Source of the DNA: Gammaproteobacteria bacterium
GTDB taxonomy: Bacteria > Pseudomonadota > Gammaproteobacteria > Pseudomonadales > Azotimanducaceae
Assembly: GCA_026707905.1 (NCBI GenBank)
Contig: JAPOVY010000104.1
Span: forward strand, 3,413-67,412
DNA: 64,000 nucleotides
Reading direction: 5' to 3'
The notes below the pieces were generated by a model that saw nothing but the letters and a program-made list of their open reading frames with translations, was not told the origin of the DNA and did not search any database. A program made the position numbers and the translations under genes. Below are positions 22,659-33,355 of the stretch, in pieces (the first letter of the stretch is position 1; each line of letters starts with the position of its first letter).

Positions 22659-25247
22659 CTACGTTTGGGTTTCGTGGTCATCGATTGTTGCGTGCTTGGC
22701 TTGACTGACCAACGCGTAGAGCAAGTCGAGCGCTTCGCGTGGCGTTAGTTCGTCAACATTGACATCGGTCAGCTGCGTTACGATCTCTTCGTGCTTCGCC
22801 AATTGCAGGTCTTCACCGGAAAACAACCCGAGGGCGTCGTCTTCCGGTCGCATCGCGGCGCGTTCTAACTCGGTGAGTCGTTTACGCGCTTTCCTTATTA
22901 CATGCGGCAGCACACCAGCAAGTTTCGCAACGTCTATGCCATAACTGCGAGACGTCGCTCCTTCGTTTACAGTATGAAGAAATGCGACATTCCCACGATG
23001 TTGCACAGCTGTCATATGTACATTCGCGGCCGCATTCTGTTCGTTGGCGAGCGCCGTTAGTTCAAAGTAGTGGGTTGCGAATAGCGTGAACGAACCCACA
23101 CGGTCCAGTAAATCCTCGGCGATGGAAAGCGCGAGAGCGAGACCGTCATAAGTGCTTGTTCCTCGACCGATTTCATCAAGCAGCACCAGACTGCTCGCGG
23201 TTGCATTGTGAAGTATGTTCGCTGTCTCGCTCATCTCCACGAAGAAAGTGCTACGCCCGCCCGCCAGATCATCCGACGCACCTATGCGCGTGAAAATCTG
23301 ATCGACTGGTCCGATCTCCGCGGAATCAGCAGGTATGTAGGATCCCGTGTACGCCATGATAACGAGCAACGCAACCTGTCGCATATACGTTGACTTACCT
23401 CCCATGTTTGGACCAGTTACGATCAACATTCTTCGCAATGGACTCAAATCAATCGAATTTGGTACAAATGTCCCACCCGGATTCACATCCAACACTGGGT
23501 GCCGACCCATTTCTATTTTGATTGACGAGCCATCTGTGAATGACGGTCGGACTAACTGGTGTCGATGCGCGTAGTGCGCAAACGAATTAAGCACATCTAG
23601 TCGACTTAGTGCTGTCGCGATATCGCGAATACCACCAGCATCTCTTTGCAATAACGAAACGAGTTCTTCCCATAGCTTGCGTTCCAACTCGCGCTCTTGT
23701 TCCTCACTGTTGAGGATGCGTTCCTCGATGTCACGCAACTCCGGTGAGATGTAGCGTTCCGCATTCTTTAACGTCTGTCGGCGCACATAGTCGTCAGGAA
23801 CGTCGAACTTCGCTGACTTAGGCACCTCGACGTAATACCCATGTACGCGGTTGTAACCGACACGTAGATTTGCGACTCCTGTATATTCACGTTGTTGCTC
23901 TTCAAATGCTTGTAATACGTCAGATGCATTTGTTCGTAACGCTCGCACGTTGGCAAGTTCTTCGTTGTAGTCGCTTGCGATCATGCCGCCCAAACGGATG
24001 TTTGGCGGAGGGTTGTCGACCATCGCTGAGTCGATCAACTCGCGACAGTTTGGGAGATGGTCGATACATGCAATCGCGTGAAATTCGCTAACTGGCTCGA
24101 GATCACCGACAAGCTCACGGATTTCCGCAAATGCTTTTAAACCGAGTGAAAGACGCGCTAGATCGCGAGGAGTTGGTTGTCCTAGGGCTAACCGAGAACC
24201 GATGCGGTGCATGTCACCAACTGGTTTCAAAGCTTCGCTTAAAGGATTCATGGCTAGTCGCTCGAGCAGTGCTGCAACTACTTCCTGACGACGATCGACT
24301 TCATCTATGTCACGGAGGGGCGAACACAACCAGTCCTTCAGGAGTCTAGAACCCATTGGGGTGTCCGTGTAATCCATGGTGTCGACGAGCGTGCCCTGTC
24401 GTGACCCGTCGATCGATCGTTTCGTAATCTCGAGGTTTTGAAGGCTCTGCGCATCAATTTGGATCCGAGCTTCGCTTCGATCCCAGCGAATACTGGACAA
24501 AAAATCAAGATCTTGTCGACAGGCTTGCTTTGCATAGTCCAAGACTGCACCCGCAGCTCCGATGACCGAGGGTTTGGCTACCAGTCCAAAACCTGCCAGA
24601 TCCTGTGTTTGGAAGTGCTGAAGTAGGGCACGCTCGCCGAGAGATGCTTCGAATTTGAGCGCATCGATATGGGTGGTCGCTGTATCTGGAAGTGGTACGT
24701 TGACTGATTCAGCAACAAGGATTTCCGCAGGTTGTATGCGTGCCAATACTGCGTGCAATGATTCAAGGCTCTTCGCTTCCGTGACGTTGAATTCACTCGT
24801 TGATAGGTTGATCCATGCAATTCCGAATTCATTTGAGTTCGATCCGCTTGTATTGATCGACATCAGAGCACTATCTTCCGAATCGGCGAGATGTGCATCC
24901 TCGGTCAGTGTTCCTGGCGTGACAATTCGGATGACCTCCCGATCCACCAGTTGCTTTGACGAGACATCGCCAACTTGCTCACAGATCGCGACTGACTCAC
25001 CCAATTCAACTAGCGTACGTAGATAACGATCAACGGAATGGAAAGGAACGCCGCACATCGGGATCGGTTCGCCGCGACTCTGTCCACGCGCGGTTAGCGT
25101 GATTTCAAGGAGCTCCGCAGCACGCTTGGCATCATGGTAGAACAACTCATAAAAGTCGCCCATTCGATAAAAAAGCAATATATCTGGATGTTGTGCCTTG
25201 ATCGCCCAGTATTGCCTCATCAGCGGCGTATCTTCGTTGTTCGGCAC
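22659..25247 (-). CDS. mutS: DNA mismatch repair protein MutS
   Basis: 862 aa with the N-terminus [30 protein letters not shown] and Walker [17 protein letters not shown] start. Confidence 0.95.
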   Translation of the reverse strand: MPNNEDTPLMRQYWAIKAQHPDILLFYRMGDFYELFYHDAKRAAELLEITLTARGQSRGEPIPMCGVPFHSVDRYLRTLVELGESVAICEQVGDVSSKQLVDREVIRIVTPGTLTEDAHLADSEDSALMSINTSGSNSNEFGIAWINLSTSEFNVTEAKSLESLHAVLARIQPAEILVAESVNVPLPDTATTHIDALKFEASLGERALLQHFQTQDLAGFGLVAKPSVIGAAGAVLDYAKQACRQDLDFLSSIRWDRSEARIQIDAQSLQNLEITKRSIDGSRQGTLVDTMDYTDTPMGSRLLKDWLCSPLRDIDEVDRRQEVVAALLERLAMNPLSEALKPVGDMHRIGSRLALGQPTPRDLARLSLGLKAFAEIRELVGDLEPVSEFHAIACIDHLPNCRELIDSAMVDNPPPNIRLGGMIASDYNEELANVRALRTNASDVLQAFEEQQREYTGVANLRVGYNRVHGYYVEVPKSAKFDVPDDYVRRQTLKNAERYISPELRDIEERILNSEEQERELERKLWEELVSLLQRDAGGIRDIATALSRLDVLNSFAHYAHRHQLVRPSFTDGSSIKIEMGRHPVLDVNPGGTFVPNSIDLSPLRRMLIVTGPNMGGKSTYMRQVALLVIMAYTGSYIPADSAEIGPVDQIFTRIGASDDLAGGRSTFFVEMSETANILHNATASSLVLLDEIGRGTSTYDGLALALSIAEDLLDRVGSFTLFATHYFELTALANEQNAAANVHMTAVQHRGNVAFLHTVNEGATSRSYGIDVAKLAGVLPHVIRKARKRLTELERAAMRPEDDALGLFSGEDLQLAKHEEIVTQLTDVNVDELTPREALDLLYALVSQAKHATIDDHETQT

Positions 25248-25355
25248 GGCTAGAGGGTTGAACCTACGAAATCTAACACTATATTAAAGGGAAGGATTTT
25301 AATTTCAATTAATCTGATAATTTGTATATACTTTACGAATTGTTAGGAGGATATC

Positions 25356-26414
25356 GTGACAGAGTCAGCAAAGGAACGCGCACTTAAAGTAGCACTAGCG
25401 CAGATTGAACGGCAATTTGGCAAAAACGCGGTCATGCGTATGGGTGACCACGAAACAGAAGCAATTCCTGTTATACCCACAGGTTCGCTTGGATTAGATA
25501 TTGCACTAGGTGTCGGTGGTCTCCCGCGAGGTCGTGTTGTAGAAATCTATGGACCCGAATCTTCAGGCAAGACGTCGCTTACGTTGCATGTTATCGCTCA
25601 GGCACAAAGAACCGGCGGAACGTGCGCATTCATCGATGCTGAGCACGCATTAGATCCAATCTTCGCCGAGACATTAGGTGTCAACATTGACGATTTACTC
25701 GTATCACAACCTGATACCGGTGAGCAAGCGCTAGAGATCTGCGACAACATCGTTCGTTCAGGCGCTGTCGATGTCGTAGTTATTGACTCGGTAGCGGCGT
25801 TGACACCTAAAGCGGAAATCGAAGGGGAGATGGGAGATACGCATGTAGGGTTACAGGCACGTTTGATGAGTCAAGCATTACGGAAGATGACGAGCAACAT
25901 CAAGCAAAGCAATACGTTGGTGATCTTTATCAATCAGATCCGTATGAAGATCGGCGTCATGTTTGGTTCGCCCGAGACGACATCAGGCGGGCAAGCTCTT
26001 AAATTCTTCTCGTCCGTACGCCTCGACATTAGACGTATCAGCCAGATCAAACGTGGCGACGAAGTCGTCGGTAATCAGACGCGAGTGAAGGTTCAAAAGA
26101 ACAAGGTAGCGCCTCCGTTCCGTCAGGCTGAGTTCGAAATACTCTACGGTGAAGGCATTCACAAGAACGGTGAAATACTAGATCTTGGTGTACAAGAGGA
26201 TCTCATCGAGAAGTCAGGAACTTGGTTCTCATATAAGGGCGAACGCATCGGTCAAGGTCGTAAAAACGCATCCGATTGGTTGAACCATCACGAAGATGTT
26301 CGAGACCAACTCGAGCAAGAGATTCGAGTCCGACTCCTACCGAAGAAGGATCAAGCATCGGACGACGTCGGAGCGGCCAACGAAGAGTCAGCGGTCGACT
26401 TAGAGGAAGCGTAG
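25356..26414 (+). CDS. recA: Recombinase RecA
   Basis: Has Walker [20 protein letters not shown] and the L2 region. The GTG start is preceded by AGGAGG (25345-25350). Confidence 0.97.
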   Translation: MTESAKERALKVALAQIERQFGKNAVMRMGDHETEAIPVIPTGSLGLDIALGVGGLPRGRVVEIYGPESSGKTSLTLHVIAQAQRTGGTCAFIDAEHALDPIFAETLGVNIDDLLVSQPDTGEQALEICDNIVRSGAVDVVVIDSVAALTPKAEIEGEMGDTHVGLQARLMSQALRKMTSNIKQSNTLVIFINQIRMKIGVMFGSPETTSGGQALKFFSSVRLDIRRISQIKRGDEVVGNQTRVKVQKNKVAPPFRQAEFEILYGEGIHKNGEILDLGVQEDLIEKSGTWFSYKGERIGQGRKNASDWLNHHEDVRDQLEQEIRVRLLPKKDQASDDVGAANEESAVDLEEA

Positions 26415-26522
26415 CTCTACGGACAGACTCTCATCGGGTTACTACTCGTCATTTGATAAACTAAGGTATCAATAACGATTTGTTACTAATTCGGTAATAC
26501 TGACGAGCGTCACGAAGTACCG

Positions 26523-26993
26523 ATGACCGACATACGCAATTCGCCGGAACTCGATCGGGCGATTCAGATTCTCACACCGCGCGAGCACTCGGTTCTTGAG
26601 CTGCGATTGAAGCTTGTCAAGCGAAATATCGATCGAGAAAAGATTGAAGCGATCATTGCGTATCTGCTTGAGCTCGACTACCTCTCTGATGAGCGCTTCG
26701 CAGAAGCGTATGTAGCCGAACGCACACGCAAAGGGGACGGACCTACTAAGATCCAATCAAATCTTCGAAAGCGCGGCGTGGACCGTGCCTTGATAGAGCG
26801 ATTTGTATCTCTAGACGACGATTTCTGGATCGAACGGGCTATCGATGTACTTAGAAAACGATTCGGGGCGCGAGACGACGAGTTCGGGAGCCTGCAATTT
26901 GATGAGTGGACGAAACGTCGTACGCTCTTGATGAATCGAGGATTCCCTGCACAGGTTGTGCGCAATGCGTTGGGGGAGTTTCAGCGGCCGTGA
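26523..26993 (+). CDS. recX: Regulatory protein RecX
   Basis: 156 aa, helical-repeat protein (REHSVLELRLKL..., YLSDERFAEAY) immediately downstream of recA. Confidence 0.85.
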   Translation: MTDIRNSPELDRAIQILTPREHSVLELRLKLVKRNIDREKIEAIIAYLLELDYLSDERFAEAYVAERTRKGDGPTKIQSNLRKRGVDRALIERFVSLDDDFWIERAIDVLRKRFGARDDEFGSLQFDEWTKRRTLLMNRGFPAQVVRNALGEFQRP

Positions 26994-26998
26994 ATAGA

Positions 26999-27032
26999 AC
27001 AGCCGCAAGCGTCATACGACGTTCGCGGCTGT
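26999..27032. terminator. Stem-loop between convergent recX and the S9 peptidase gene
   Basis: ACAGCCGC (26999-27006) pairs with GCGGCTGT (27025-27032). An inner stem runs from AGCGTC to GACGTT (CGTC/GACG plus A-T and G-T pairs). There is no clean U-tract, so its function as a bidirectional terminator is inferred. Confidence 0.4.
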
Positions 27033-27054
27033 AATACGGTTGGTCTATGTTCGG

Positions 27055-28974
27055 CTAATTCGTTGCGGAAACACCCTGAACTTGACCGGCATCGCTTCCA
27101 ATATGCTCGTTTATGAATGCGAGCTGTCGACCGAATAGGTCCATAATCGTATCGCGTCCAATCCAACCGTGACCTTGATTACCTTTGTAGTGGGTCACGA
27201 CTGGCTTACCTACCTTATCAAACGCCTCTTTCATGCGGTGGTAATGCTCAGGTGGTGTTCTGCGATCTTGTCCACCGTGTATAAGCATGACCGCCGCCTT
27301 AACGTCCCCGGCAAAGTTAATGGCAGATACAGCTTCTCGTTCCTCTCTGGTCCTACCCATAGTCAATCGCATCCAATTGATCGACGACTTGCTGCGAGCC
27401 ATATCTCCCATGCGCTCGATTGCGGCAATATCGTAGATACCGGATTGACCAATCGCACACTGATACAGATTAGGTTCCTTAGCCGAACCCATAATGGCCG
27501 CATACGCGCCGTAGCTTGAACCGGCGATACAGATTCGATCTTTATCAGCGATTCCCTGCGCAATCGCCCACTGCGTGGCATCGGTCACGTCATCTTGCAT
27601 CTCGCCACCATACTCTCTAAACCCTTTGTTGCGAAAACGTACACCGAATCCGCCGGATCCCCTAAAGTTCACTTGTAAAACGTGGTATCCTCGAGATGCG
27701 AGCACTTGGCCGTTCGGATTGAAACCCCATGCATCGCGCGCATCAAGAGGTCCGCCATGTACAAGTACGACCATCGGTCCGGGACGTGGCGTGTCTTTTT
27801 GTGAAGTCAGATAGCCGTAAATGATCTGTTTGTCCCTCGCGGGGAATCCAAATGGGTCCACGGATGCAAGGTCATCGCTGGAAATCCCAATTTCCTCTGC
27901 ACGATTGGTAATCTGATCGATCGAACCTTTCATTGCGTCGAGTAGTACAAGCTCAGGCAATGCGTTTGCTGCGCTCACGTTAGCTACTACCAATTGGTGA
28001 TCGTGCGAGTAACTCGCGAGATTAACAGTACTCTCGGGGAATTGACGATGGATCGTCTTGTGAGCCTGAGCAAGAGGGTGAGAAGGATTTAAGTACATGA
28101 TCCGAGGGTAGTGGTGGTTGATGAAGAGTCCCCATACACTGCCCGTTTGGTCGGCGATCGTACTGCCGATATCGTAGGTGTCGTCTGTGAATACTTCTGT
28201 ATGTTCTTTAGTAACTCGGTTGTATATCCCCAAAGATGCTATGCCCTTCGGATTGCGGGTATCGTTCGTGAAATACTCATTTGGATTGAATGCAGCGGCA
28301 ATCGGTCGCCAGCCGCGTTGATCGTAAGGCGTAACTGTTCGTAGCTCCCAATCGCCGTTGTCAAGTCTCTCGTGCACGACTTGGTCGCCTTCATCGTTCG
28401 TGCCGACGTGGAACGCGGCGTTCTTGAGATCGGGAGTTAGGACGAAACCAAATCCTAGTGCGGGCGCTTTAGTTAGTTTCGTTGACGCACCGGATTGAAG
28501 GTGCATCTTGAAGAGCTCGAAGAATCGCCCTTCTAACCTGATGACGAGCGCGTGCTCCGGTTCGTCGGGGAGCATATTGAAAATCCCTCCCGCAGGTAGG
28601 TCGATCGTTTTACCTGTCTGGACGAGTACTTTCATCAACTGACCCGTAGGGAAGTATGCGTCTTCATTCGGCACCTTTCGAGAAGGTGAAACGAGAACTG
28701 TCTCGTCGTCGGTCCAAGTAATGCTCGCGATCCTTTGTTTATCTGGCATCGCGAACGATAGGACGCGATCGCCCGATTCGCGATCAAGGATCTGGAATTT
28801 GTTTTCCTGTTCTTCGCCGTCACCGACTAGTAGGGATGCTGCAAGGTAGGTTCCGCCTGGCGAGATCCTTACTTGTTGCATGTCGAAAGGTTCAAAGAAC
28901 TTCCAAAGCGGGATGGGTTCCGCAAAGGCAGAAACTGCAAATACAAGTGTGCAGATGGTTATCAGTCGACGCAT
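27055..28974 (-). CDS. S9-family serine peptidase (beta-propeller + alpha/beta hydrolase)
   Basis: 639 aa with a signal peptide (LITICTLVFAVSAFA), the nucleophile motif IAGSSYGAY and a C-terminal GHGW region. Confidence 0.85.
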   Translation of the reverse strand: MRRLITICTLVFAVSAFAEPIPLWKFFEPFDMQQVRISPGGTYLAASLLVGDGEEQENKFQILDRESGDRVLSFAMPDKQRIASITWTDDETVLVSPSRKVPNEDAYFPTGQLMKVLVQTGKTIDLPAGGIFNMLPDEPEHALVIRLEGRFFELFKMHLQSGASTKLTKAPALGFGFVLTPDLKNAAFHVGTNDEGDQVVHERLDNGDWELRTVTPYDQRGWRPIAAAFNPNEYFTNDTRNPKGIASLGIYNRVTKEHTEVFTDDTYDIGSTIADQTGSVWGLFINHHYPRIMYLNPSHPLAQAHKTIHRQFPESTVNLASYSHDHQLVVANVSAANALPELVLLDAMKGSIDQITNRAEEIGISSDDLASVDPFGFPARDKQIIYGYLTSQKDTPRPGPMVVLVHGGPLDARDAWGFNPNGQVLASRGYHVLQVNFRGSGGFGVRFRNKGFREYGGEMQDDVTDATQWAIAQGIADKDRICIAGSSYGAYAAIMGSAKEPNLYQCAIGQSGIYDIAAIERMGDMARSKSSINWMRLTMGRTREEREAVSAINFAGDVKAAVMLIHGGQDRRTPPEHYHRMKEAFDKVGKPVVTHYKGNQGHGWIGRDTIMDLFGRQLAFINEHIGSDAGQVQGVSATN

Positions 28975-29050
28975 GACATCGCTCCCACATGGGATCCTGA
29001 AATGCTGACTAGGTCCTTTAGGTAAGACCTATCGTGCGGCGACGTACTTA

Positions 29051-29076
29051 GGCGCCCCGCCCGAGGCCGCCTTTTT
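29051..29076 (+). terminator. Orphan terminator-like GC hairpin plus T5 upstream of alaS
   Basis: GGCGCCC (29051-29057) pairs with GGCCGCC (29065-29071) with one mismatch, followed by TTTTT (29072-29076). No + strand gene lies upstream. Confidence 0.3.
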
Positions 29077-29315
29077 CGCTAGTCTTTAGCGGTTATAGAA
29101 AGATACACCTACTCGCATCGAATTGCAAGTGAGTCGTCCTTTGCAGGAGCAGTTTAGACACCAGAGCTGATCTGTATTCCGTCGGATTAATACTAATGGG
29201 GCGATCGGTTCCATGGTCGTCGCTCGCAAAACAATAGCGGTTTTTCCCACGTAATCACACCGCGTTTAGATGGGGTGCCTTCCTATAATTCCGCCCCTTT
29301 TAACACCCCAGAACC

Positions 29316-31937
29316 ATGGATACGGCCGAGATACGCTCGACCTATTTGGCACATTTCGCCAATCGTGGTCATCGGGTGGTTCCCTCTGCACCGCTAGTCC
29401 CAAGCGACGATCCCACGATACTCTTCACCGTGGCCGGTATGGTGCAATTCAAAGATGCGCTCACGGGTGTAGAGACGCTTCCGTACTCTCGCGCAACGTC
29501 TTGTCAGCGATGCGTACGCGCTGGCGGTAAACACAACGATCTTGAGAACGTTGGGTACACGGCACGGCACCACACGTTCTTCGAAATGCTCGGAAATTTC
29601 AGCTTCGGGGATTACTTCAAAGAAGAAGCGATCGAATGGGCTTGGGAATATGTGAACGAGGTCATCGAGTTAGACAAAGACCGTCTGTGGTTCACAGTCC
29701 ACCCTTCAGATGACGAGGCGAGGAAGCTCTGGACTGACAAGATTGGCATCGATTCAGCTAGGGTTATTACTCACGAGGATAACTTTTGGGCAATGGGTGA
29801 TACAGGTCCCTGTGGTCCGTGCACGGAGATCTTCTTTGACCAAGGTCCTTCCGTAGAAGGGGGACCGCCTGGATCGAAGGATGAGGATGGTGACCGATTC
29901 CTTGAGGTATGGAATTTGGTTTTTCCTCAGTTCGACCGACGTCCTGATGGTGAACTCGAACCGCTCGCCAAACCAGGCGTAGACACCGGTCTAGGACTCG
30001 AACGACTCGCCGCCGTAACGCAGGGCGTTGATAGCGGTTATGGCACCGATGTATTCGCGCCGATTTTCGAGACGCTCGATGACATCGTCAATCGAATTCA
30101 GCGCGTGGACCCTCTCGGCTCGCCGTCGTGTCGCGTGATCGCAGATCATGTCAGATCCGCGTCATTCTTAATAAGCGACGGGATTCTGCCAGACCGGGAA
30201 GGTCGGGGTTATGTGCTACGACGCATTATTCGACGCGCATTGCGCCATGGCCACAAACTTGGGATCGCTGAGCCGTTTTTCCACAAGCTGGTGCAACCGT
30301 TTGTCGAGTCGATGGGCGATGCATATCCGGAATTAGTGGCAGCGCGAGAGCGTACGACCAAGGCGCTCTTGGACGAAGAAGTGAAATTTGGTGAAACCAT
30401 GCAACGTGGTATGAGCCTGCTTGAAGATGTGCTCAACGACCTATCCGGGAGGTCTATTCCCGGTGACATCGTTTTCAAGCTCTATGACACATACGGTTTT
30501 CCGGTTGACCTTACAGCAGATATAGCGCGTGAGCAAGGCTTAACGATCGATGAAGCCGGATTCGATGCGCTGATGAATCAGCAGCAAGATCGTGCTCGTG
30601 CTGCAGGTCAATTTCAAAGTGCAGCGGCAACAGAACTAGCGGTCGATGGCGAGGTCGACTTTGTGGGTTATGAACATTTGGTAGGCGAATCCCACATCGT
30701 ACAGGTCTTTGAATTTCAGGATGGACAGCTCGCTGAAACAGGTGTATTGCGAAATGCGCAAGAAGGCGCTATTGTGCTCGCGCGAACGGCGTTCTACGGA
30801 GAAGCAGGTGGACAGGTTGGGGACATCGGAACGATTGTCGCCCAAGACTCGCGATTCGAGGTTGTTAATGTCACACGTTCAAACGACCAGTTTGTACACC
30901 ACGGAAAGGTCCAAAGCGGCACATTCGCGCCATCCCAATCGGTAACCTATGAAGTAGACACGGTCCATCGTCAGGACGTGGCTCGAAATCACTCTGCTAC
31001 ACACTTGCTACATGCAGCATTGAAGAGCACGCTCGGAACCCATGTGCAACAGAGGGGATCTCTAGTTGAGGCACCCCGACTGAGGTTTGATTTCTCGCAC
31101 GACCAACCTGTGACAGTTCAAGAGCGTCAGGCGATCGAATCCGCTGTAAATGAGCAGATTCTTGCGAATGCTCGTGTTGTAACCAAGCTCCTCCCATACG
31201 ACGATGCCATCGCTAGCGGCGCGGTTGCACTCTTTGGCGAAAAGTACGCGGATGAAGTGCGTGTATTGAATATGGGCGATGGGTTTTCCATCGAGCTGTG
31301 TGGTGGCACGCATGTGGGGCACCTTGGCGAAATTGGTCTATTCAAGATCGTTTCAGAATCCGGTATCGCTGCGGGGATTCGACGCGTCGAAGCAATTACT
31401 GGTCGCAAGGCGTATGAGCGATTTCGCGACAACGAATCTCTATTGAGTGCTCTTAGCGATCGTATTGGCACTTCAGACGATCAGCTACCTAAACGCGTTG
31501 ACCAGCTCGTCGCCGAACGCAAAGAGCTACAGAAGAAGCTCGATGAAGCGCTGTCTATGAAGTTGCGCGACCGCGGCGCTGAGCTAGTTGCTGGTGCGCA
31601 AGATTTCGGCGAGTTTAAGCTCGTGGCGAGCGTCGTTGATGGCGCGGCCGAGACGATGATGGTGAGTTTTGATGACGTTCGCAGTCGTTTAGCTGACTAT
31701 GTTGTGGTATTGGCTGTCGTCGATGGCGACAAATGTCAATTGGTTTGTGGCGTTTCGAATTCGCTTACTAAATCAGTCAATGCAAATGACGTCATCGCGC
31801 AGATAAATACCTATGCGCCGATTCGGGGAGGTGGGAAGCCAACGATGGCTCGTGCCGGTGGTAGCGTATCGGTGGCTGAGCTTGAGAACGGATTGAAATC
31901 GTTAGCTGAGTGGCTTGAAAGCAAGCTAAGCGAATGA
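29316..31937 (+). CDS. alaS: Alanine--tRNA ligase
   Basis: 873 aa with AEIRSTYLAHFANRGH, RHHTFFEMLGNFSFGDYFK, the editing-domain HSATHLLH and GGTHV motifs. Confidence 0.95.
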   Translation: MDTAEIRSTYLAHFANRGHRVVPSAPLVPSDDPTILFTVAGMVQFKDALTGVETLPYSRATSCQRCVRAGGKHNDLENVGYTARHHTFFEMLGNFSFGDYFKEEAIEWAWEYVNEVIELDKDRLWFTVHPSDDEARKLWTDKIGIDSARVITHEDNFWAMGDTGPCGPCTEIFFDQGPSVEGGPPGSKDEDGDRFLEVWNLVFPQFDRRPDGELEPLAKPGVDTGLGLERLAAVTQGVDSGYGTDVFAPIFETLDDIVNRIQRVDPLGSPSCRVIADHVRSASFLISDGILPDREGRGYVLRRIIRRALRHGHKLGIAEPFFHKLVQPFVESMGDAYPELVAARERTTKALLDEEVKFGETMQRGMSLLEDVLNDLSGRSIPGDIVFKLYDTYGFPVDLTADIAREQGLTIDEAGFDALMNQQQDRARAAGQFQSAAATELAVDGEVDFVGYEHLVGESHIVQVFEFQDGQLAETGVLRNAQEGAIVLARTAFYGEAGGQVGDIGTIVAQDSRFEVVNVTRSNDQFVHHGKVQSGTFAPSQSVTYEVDTVHRQDVARNHSATHLLHAALKSTLGTHVQQRGSLVEAPRLRFDFSHDQPVTVQERQAIESAVNEQILANARVVTKLLPYDDAIASGAVALFGEKYADEVRVLNMGDGFSIELCGGTHVGHLGEIGLFKIVSESGIAAGIRRVEAITGRKAYERFRDNESLLSALSDRIGTSDDQLPKRVDQLVAERKELQKKLDEALSMKLRDRGAELVAGAQDFGEFKLVASVVDGAAETMMVSFDDVRSRLADYVVVLAVVDGDKCQLVCGVSNSLTKSVNANDVIAQINTYAPIRGGGKPTMARAGGSVSVAELENGLKSLAEWLESKLSE

Positions 31938-33154
31938 GCCTGGTCGTACATAAATACGGCGGCACGTCCCTAGGTTCGATTGAACGTATCGAAGCGGTTG
32001 CCGACCGAATTGTCGCGTCGCGGTCCGAGGGGAATCAGATCGTGGTCGTGGTCTCAGCGATGAGCGGAGAAACGAATCGCTTGACAGCGCTCGCCCATCA
32101 CATTACCGACCGGCCGTCTCCTCGAGAAATGGACGTGCTCTTGGCATCAGGCGAGCAAGTATCCATTGCCCTACTTGTCATGGCACTACAGAAACGAGGC
32201 GTCGATGCACAGTCATTTTTAGGTGATCAGATCCCGTTTAAGACTGACAGCGGTCACGAAAGGGCTCGAATTGAATACGTTGAACCGAAGAATCTGCTCG
32301 ACGTTGTGAGGCGAGGGGCGGTTCCGGTCGTGGCAGGCTTCCAGGGTGTCGACGATATCGGTGACATTACAACAATAGGTCGTGGCGGATCGGATACTTC
32401 CGCCGTTGCGGTTGCGCACGCTATTGAAGCGGAAGAGTGTCTGATCTATACCGACGTCGATGGCGTCTATACGGCCGATCCAAGAATTGTCGAACGGGCG
32501 ACTAAGATGGCGAACGTTGAATTCGAGGAGATGCTCGAAATGGCAAGCCTAGGTGCGAAGGTCTTACATACGCGTGCGGTTGAATTTGCGCACAAACATG
32601 ACGTGCCAATGCGCGTGTTATCAAGTTTCGAAGATGGAGAAGGTACTTTGGTCAACTCAGGCGCGGACCATATGGAGAAACCAATGGTCTCTGCGGTTAC
32701 CCATGAACGAGACGAAGCGAAGCTCACGGTTCTTCGCGTCGATGATGTACCAGGTATCGCCTGGAAGATTTTGGGACCGATCGGAGAGGCGAATATAACC
32801 GTTGACATGATCGTTCAGAATACGAGTGTGGATGGGTTCACAGATTTCTCATTCACAGTAAAACGAGCTGATTTTGTACGCGCGAAAGATTTACTCGAGC
32901 GTTCGTTGCAGGAGAATGGATTTCACGAGTCGACCATTGCTGGCGACGACGCGATTGCTAAAGTTACGATTGTCGGCGTTGGCATGCGGTCTCACGCTGG
33001 CGTTGCTACAAAGATGTTTGAAACCCTTGCTCACGAGAATATCAACATCATGATGATTTCGACCTCTGAGATTAAGATTTCCGTAGTCATCGACGAACGA
33101 TATGTCGAGCTGGCAGTTCGTAGTCTCCACGATGCTTTTGTACTAGATGAATGA
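31934..33154 (+). CDS. lysC: Aspartate kinase
   Basis: 406 aa with VHKYGGTSLG, GRGGSDTSAV and two C-terminal ACT-like domains. The start overlaps the alaS stop (ATGA). Confidence 0.92.
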   Translation: MSLVVHKYGGTSLGSIERIEAVADRIVASRSEGNQIVVVVSAMSGETNRLTALAHHITDRPSPREMDVLLASGEQVSIALLVMALQKRGVDAQSFLGDQIPFKTDSGHERARIEYVEPKNLLDVVRRGAVPVVAGFQGVDDIGDITTIGRGGSDTSAVAVAHAIEAEECLIYTDVDGVYTADPRIVERATKMANVEFEEMLEMASLGAKVLHTRAVEFAHKHDVPMRVLSSFEDGEGTLVNSGADHMEKPMVSAVTHERDEAKLTVLRVDDVPGIAWKILGPIGEANITVDMIVQNTSVDGFTDFSFTVKRADFVRAKDLLERSLQENGFHESTIAGDDAIAKVTIVGVGMRSHAGVATKMFETLAHENINIMMISTSEIKISVVIDERYVELAVRSLHDAFVLDE

Positions 33155-33339
33155 AAGTGTGCTCAAACGATAGAAAGCGGTAATACAAATGCGAAGCGCC
33201 GAAAATCGTATTTCCGGGGCGTCTGATTCGAATGTCTAACTCAATTGTTGAATTCCTAGCACCTCCGATGTTCGACGCCAAAAACAGCATCAGGGGAATA
33301 ACAGTGGTTCGTTATCCATTAATTTACTCAATTTATGTC

Positions 33340-33355
33340 ACAAATATATATTTGT
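33340..33355. promoter_or_regulatory. Perfect 16-bp AT-rich palindrome upstream of csrA
   Basis: ACAAATATATATTTGT is its own reverse complement and ends 128 nt upstream of the csrA ATG, inside a very AT-rich stretch. Its function is unknown. Confidence 0.25.
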
